A DNA stretch of 32,000 nt, from positions 1,860,001 to 1,892,000 of the forward strand of contig NC_006138.1 of assembly GCF_000025945.1 (NCBI RefSeq), in the 5' to 3' direction. The position numbers and the translations under genes were made by a program. Positions 28,545 through 32,000 of this stretch are shown here, piece by piece. How positions within the stretch are numbered: position 1 is the first letter of the stretch; every line of letters starts with the position of its first letter. This DNA comes from Desulfotalea psychrophila LSv54 (GTDB lineage: Bacteria > Desulfobacterota > Desulfobulbia > Desulfobulbales > Desulfocapsaceae). A model generated the notes under the pieces. The model saw only the letters and a program-made list of their open reading frames with translations. It did no database searches and was not told the DNA's origin.

Positions 28545-30549
28545 TCACCACTCAAAGCGAAGGACATTGTCTAGGGCATCAGCCTTTGCCACTCGTATCT
28601 TCACTCTCTGTCCGGGGCTTATTCCGCCCGTGGCAGGGAGTTCGACATCAAGAAGGATGTCGGTTAAGAGCAGGTTAGTTCTCTTGGGGCCGGCCTGGAT
28701 GACCAGGGCCTCCAGGTATTGGCCCTTGCGTTCTTCAAGATAACAAAGAAGCCAGTAACGATGGCGTTGGTGGCGGACATTATTAGCCCGCGATAGTGTT
28801 CTTGACATTACCGCTGTGAAATCAGAACACATATCTTCAGTAAAACGTGGTTCCTGTCTGCGAACAATGGAGTGCAGTTGGTGTTGCATTACCAAGTCGA
28901 GTAATCTTCTGATGGGTGAGGTGATGGTGGTGTATTGACTGACACCCAGACCGCTATGGGATTTTGCCACGGTGGAGAGTTCTCCGCGGGGCAACTGTTT
29001 GCGTTGTTTGGTGTTCTGGAAGAGATCATCGTCTGTGCCATGAACGATACGGTTTTTAAGCTCTGGCTGTGATCTGTAGATACCGGGAACCATACGGTCT
29101 GCGACATATCTGGCACTTTCGCTATTGGCAAGAATCATCATCTCTGAGACAAGGACCCGGGCCGGGGTATTACTTTTTGCTAGTTGAACATGAACCTTGC
29201 CCTGATTGTCAATGAAGATATTTACATCGGGAAAGGGGAGAAGGAGTGCGCCATTATCAATACGCCTCTGGCGTAGCCTCTGGCTAACCTTGTTGAGCAT
29301 CTTGATTTCGTTATCATCTTTTAGCATGCTGTCGGCCTCCTCATAGGTGAGGCGACGGGCCACTTTGATAATAGAGGGGCGGATGCGAACCCGAAGCACT
29401 TCGGCCTCGGGGGAGAGCAGGATCATAAAGCTGAGTGCTGCCCTGATCTCACCTTGAATAAGACTGCATATTCCTTGGGAGAGATGGCGGGGTAACATGG
29501 GGATCTGTCCCTCGGGAAAATAGATGGATGTGCCGCGTTGCATAGCCTCCTGAAAGAGAGGGTCTCCAGGGCGAACATAGTGGGCAACATCTGAAATATG
29601 TACACCGACCAGGTAATTTTCCCCATCCTTTTCAATGGTCAGGGCATCGTCAAAATCCTGGGTGGTGGGGCCATCAATGGTGATTGGCTTGAGGTGGGTA
29701 TAGTCAATACGGGCGGGATCATCAAAGAGCTTGTCCATATCTGTCTGGAGGATCTGTTCGGCCTGTTGTCGTGCCGCCAGAGAGAAGGCTACCGGAATCT
29801 CACTGCGTAGAAGTGGGATGTTCTCGTGGGAACTCCAACGACCAGACTTCTCCATAAGAGAAAAGGGGGCATGGGGATGGTTTAATGAGGCCTCCTTGAG
29901 CAGTAGCTTTGCCGTTGCCGCCTGTTTAAAATCGCTACCAAACAGGTAGAAATCTCGAATAATGTCGAGTGATTCGGTAAAGAAACTGCCGTATTCATTT
30001 TCCAATTCTTCAACGTTTTGCAAGTCGTAGAGGCTACGCAGGAGTTGGCTACCGTCCTTTACCAGACGAGCCTTCTTTTCCTCTGCAACCTGCTGCATAC
30101 GAAGCTGTGCAATCTGTTCAGCGTTGTTGATTCGAACTCTACCCTCTTTGTATTTAAAGAAGAGCTTGTCGGTAAAAATACAACGTAGAAAGGAGCAAAT
30201 GAGGTCGTCATCGACCTCTTTGCCAAAGGCAAGTTCTGCCAGAAAGGCAGGTGAAAATACGGAGGTGGGCTCGTCGGTGGTAAGCTCCCAGAGCTCTTCA
30301 AGGTTGACCTCTTCCATCAGCTCTGCTCGTTTAGCTGTTGTTTCAAGCAGCTTTTGCGAGATCTCTGCCCGGCCGATGCCTACGTCATATGAGCTGGTAG
30401 AACAGTGGATTACCCTGGATACCGGGAGGTTGAATTCGCAGGCCTGTTTGGGAGAGGAGGCGCAATCGTTTTGGTTGGCTTTCGGTTACAAGGGCGCAGA
30501 CAAACTTGCCGTTATCAATGTACTCTACAATCTTTCCGGTATTGATCAT
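28545..30549 (-). CDS. RNase II/R-family 3'-5' exoribonuclease, interrupted by a 1-nt frameshift near 30440
   Basis: Main ORF 28545..30317 has DPARIDYTHLKPITIDGPTTQDFDDALTI, HISDVAHYVRPGDPLFQEAMQRGTSIYFPEGQIPMLP. Manual translation upstream gives MINTGKIVEYIDNGKFVCALVTESQPKRLRLLSQTG | REFNLPVSRVIHCSTSSYDVGIGRAEISQKLLETTAKRAELMEEVNLEELWEL after removing one base. Total span 2005 nt = 3n+1. Confidence 0.82.
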
Positions 30550-30739
30550 TATGGGAAGTTACTCTTCTTTGTTGGACTTTTCCTGGAAGAAAAAGGCAAA
30601 TTACATGTACGCTTTCTTGGCCGTGGATAGTATACTTCTAATATGTAGAACTTTCCAGAGCATGAAGGCTGCTTGTTTATTGTATATTCAGCCTATTATA
30701 GTGCGAAAATAGAAAATCATCACTTTATAAATTTTTTTT

Positions 30740-31681
30740 ATGCAAAATAATGAATACAAAACCCTAGATGACTTTCTAGGAAAAGATGTAAAGTCGGGAA
30801 TGGTCGCTATTGTAGGGCCCCCTAATGCCGGTAAATCCACCTTGATGAATCAACTGTTAGGACAGAAGATTTCCATCGTTACCTCTAAACCACAAACCAC
30901 TAGAAATAGAATTCTTGGTATTGTTAACGACGATGCCTATCAAATTGTTCTCCTGGATACTCCCGGCCTGCACAAGGCTGATGAACCGCTGAATATTGAA
31001 ATGATGCGGGTAGCTCTTGAGAGTCTGAGCGAAGTTGATGCGGTACTTTTTTTGGTGGATGTCTCTCTACCCCTCCCTCCTAAGGCGCTGGCCAAACAAC
31101 GGGAAGAGTTAGCGGGCTATATGGAAAAAATAGAGAGTCCTGCCATACTTGTGCTTAACAAGGTTGACCTGATTGATAAGCAGAAGCTGTTGCCGATGAT
31201 AGAGAGTTATGCAAAACTCTTTCCTTTTAAGGCGGTTGTGCCTATTTCTGCCTTGAATGGAGATGGGGCGGATAATCTCCTCAAGGAGATTCTCGAGCTT
31301 ATTCCGGTGGGGCCACGTTATTTTCCTGAAGATATCCCCACCGATGCAACGGAGAGATTTTTGGCGGCCGAAATTGTCCGGGAAAAGGTTTTTCTGCTGA
31401 CGGGTCAGGAGCTTCCCTATTCCGCTGCGACACTGGTGGAGTCCTTTAAGGAAGATGAGCAGAAAAAGCTTATTACTATCCATGCCACCATCGTTGTTGA
31501 GCGTCCATCACAAAAGGGGATGATCATTGGCAAGGGTGGACAGAAGTTGAAACAGATAGGCACGGCGGCAAGAAAAGACATCGAGGCCTTGCTTGGATCC
31601 AAAGTACTGCTTAAGCTATGGGTCAAGGTAAAGAAAAAGTGGGCTGAAGATGAAAATTTTTTGAAAGAGCTTGGCTTTTAG
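30740..31681 (+). CDS. era: GTPase Era
   Basis: 313 aa; VAIVGPPNAGKSTLMNQLLGQKISIVTSKPQTTRNRILGI, DTPG, NKVD, C-terminal KH domain IIGKGGQKLKQIG. The true start may lie slightly downstream (MVAIVG). Confidence 0.96.
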   Translation: MQNNEYKTLDDFLGKDVKSGMVAIVGPPNAGKSTLMNQLLGQKISIVTSKPQTTRNRILGIVNDDAYQIVLLDTPGLHKADEPLNIEMMRVALESLSEVDAVLFLVDVSLPLPPKALAKQREELAGYMEKIESPAILVLNKVDLIDKQKLLPMIESYAKLFPFKAVVPISALNGDGADNLLKEILELIPVGPRYFPEDIPTDATERFLAAEIVREKVFLLTGQELPYSAATLVESFKEDEQKKLITIHATIVVERPSQKGMIIGKGGQKLKQIGTAARKDIEALLGSKVLLKLWVKVKKKWAEDENFLKELGF

Positions 31682-31718
31682 CGCTAGTTTGTCTCAGGTA
31701 ATTCTGTGATTTTTTGTA

Positions 31719-31766
31719 AATTCTCCTGTTTTCCTTTTCAGCGGTAGCAGGAGAGTTCTTTTTTCT
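31719..31766 (+). terminator. Terminator-like hairpin downstream of era
   Basis: AATTCTCCTG ... CAGGAGAGTT (10 bp with one G.U) followed by CTTTTTTC; 19-nt loop. Confidence 0.55.
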
Positions 31767-31792
31767 CAGTATGCAAGGTCTTTGCCTGCTGT

Positions 31793-32000
31793 TCAGGAAG
31801 AGGTTATTTTTGCTTGTGTCCGCCCTCTAGCTCCCCGTTTTTCAGTTTTTTTCTGTGCTAGTTTTGCTTTTTTGACGGAAGTCCTTGCTTTTCTCTTTCT
31901 ATTGGGATAGAGGATACCCCGCTTATTCTTTTCGGTCATGTCTTGTGAGTTGTGCCTACAAGTTTTGAGATAGTTGTTATCTTTTGTTACTTCCTTCCTC
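31793..32000 (-). CDS. Possible C-terminal tail (Lys/Arg-rich) of a minus-strand gene extending beyond the window
   Basis: A frame open to the window edge ends ...MTEKNKRGILYPNRKRKARTSVKKAKLAQKKTEKRGARGRTQAKITSS*. Confidence 0.3.
   Translation of the reverse strand, partial: RKEVTKDNNYLKTCRHNSQDMTEKNKRGILYPNRKRKARTSVKKAKLAQKKTEKRGARGRTQAKITSS

Noticed and set aside
28530-28560. AT-rich mini palindrome ATAGTaatACTAT between convergent LysE and RNase genes
   Set aside because: Stem too short and no T-tract; not credible as a terminator or operator.
30124-30630. 168-aa plus-strand ORF
   Set aside because: Antisense to the RNase N-terminus, which reads well on the minus strand once the frameshift is allowed.
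1-32000. CRISPR arrays, tRNA/rRNA genes, transposases, toxin-antitoxin or phage modules
   Set aside because: No repeated spacer structure, no recognisable cloverleaf or rRNA stretch, and no mobile-element protein seen by eye on either strand. A tRNAscan-SE/Infernal run would be needed to be certain about small RNAs.

Overview
This is a gene-dense 32 kb bacterial chromosomal segment. The gene content (small siroheme sulfite reductase, desulfoferrodoxin, System II cytochrome c biogenesis, DUF362 ferredoxin) fits a sulfate-reducing Desulfobacterota, possibly Desulfotalea-like; that assignment is inference. Main content: partial dnaE, a small sulfite reductase, adjacent class II and class III fructose-1,6-bisphosphatases, a DUF362/ferredoxin protein, a redox/iron/stress cluster (desulfoferrodoxin, DOMON protein, Cys-rich miniprotein, ferritin, thioredoxin-fold protein, HtpX, Bax-inhibitor-1 family), coaBC, a large PBP1A-like protein, a LysM lytic transglycosylase, TraB family, YhbY, DarP/YjgA, NlpC/P60, CcsA/ResB, rpmB, a MoeB/ThiF-like protein, a divergent DisA_N-like protein, a LysE exporter, an RNase II/R-family exonuclease and era. 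The best finding is an ArsC/Spx-like gene at 8544..8894 with an in-frame TGA in a U-x-x-C redox motif. A hairpin with a GGUC apical loop starts 18 nt after the TGA, so this is very likely a selenoprotein that the ORF track truncates. Other points of note are a 44-aa Cys/Lys-rich ORF missing from the track, two single-base frameshifts (PBP1A-like and RNase II/R-like) that share the local 6-mer GCCTGC, and the divergent diadenylate-cyclase-like protein. No CRISPR array, tRNA, rRNA or transposase was recognised.
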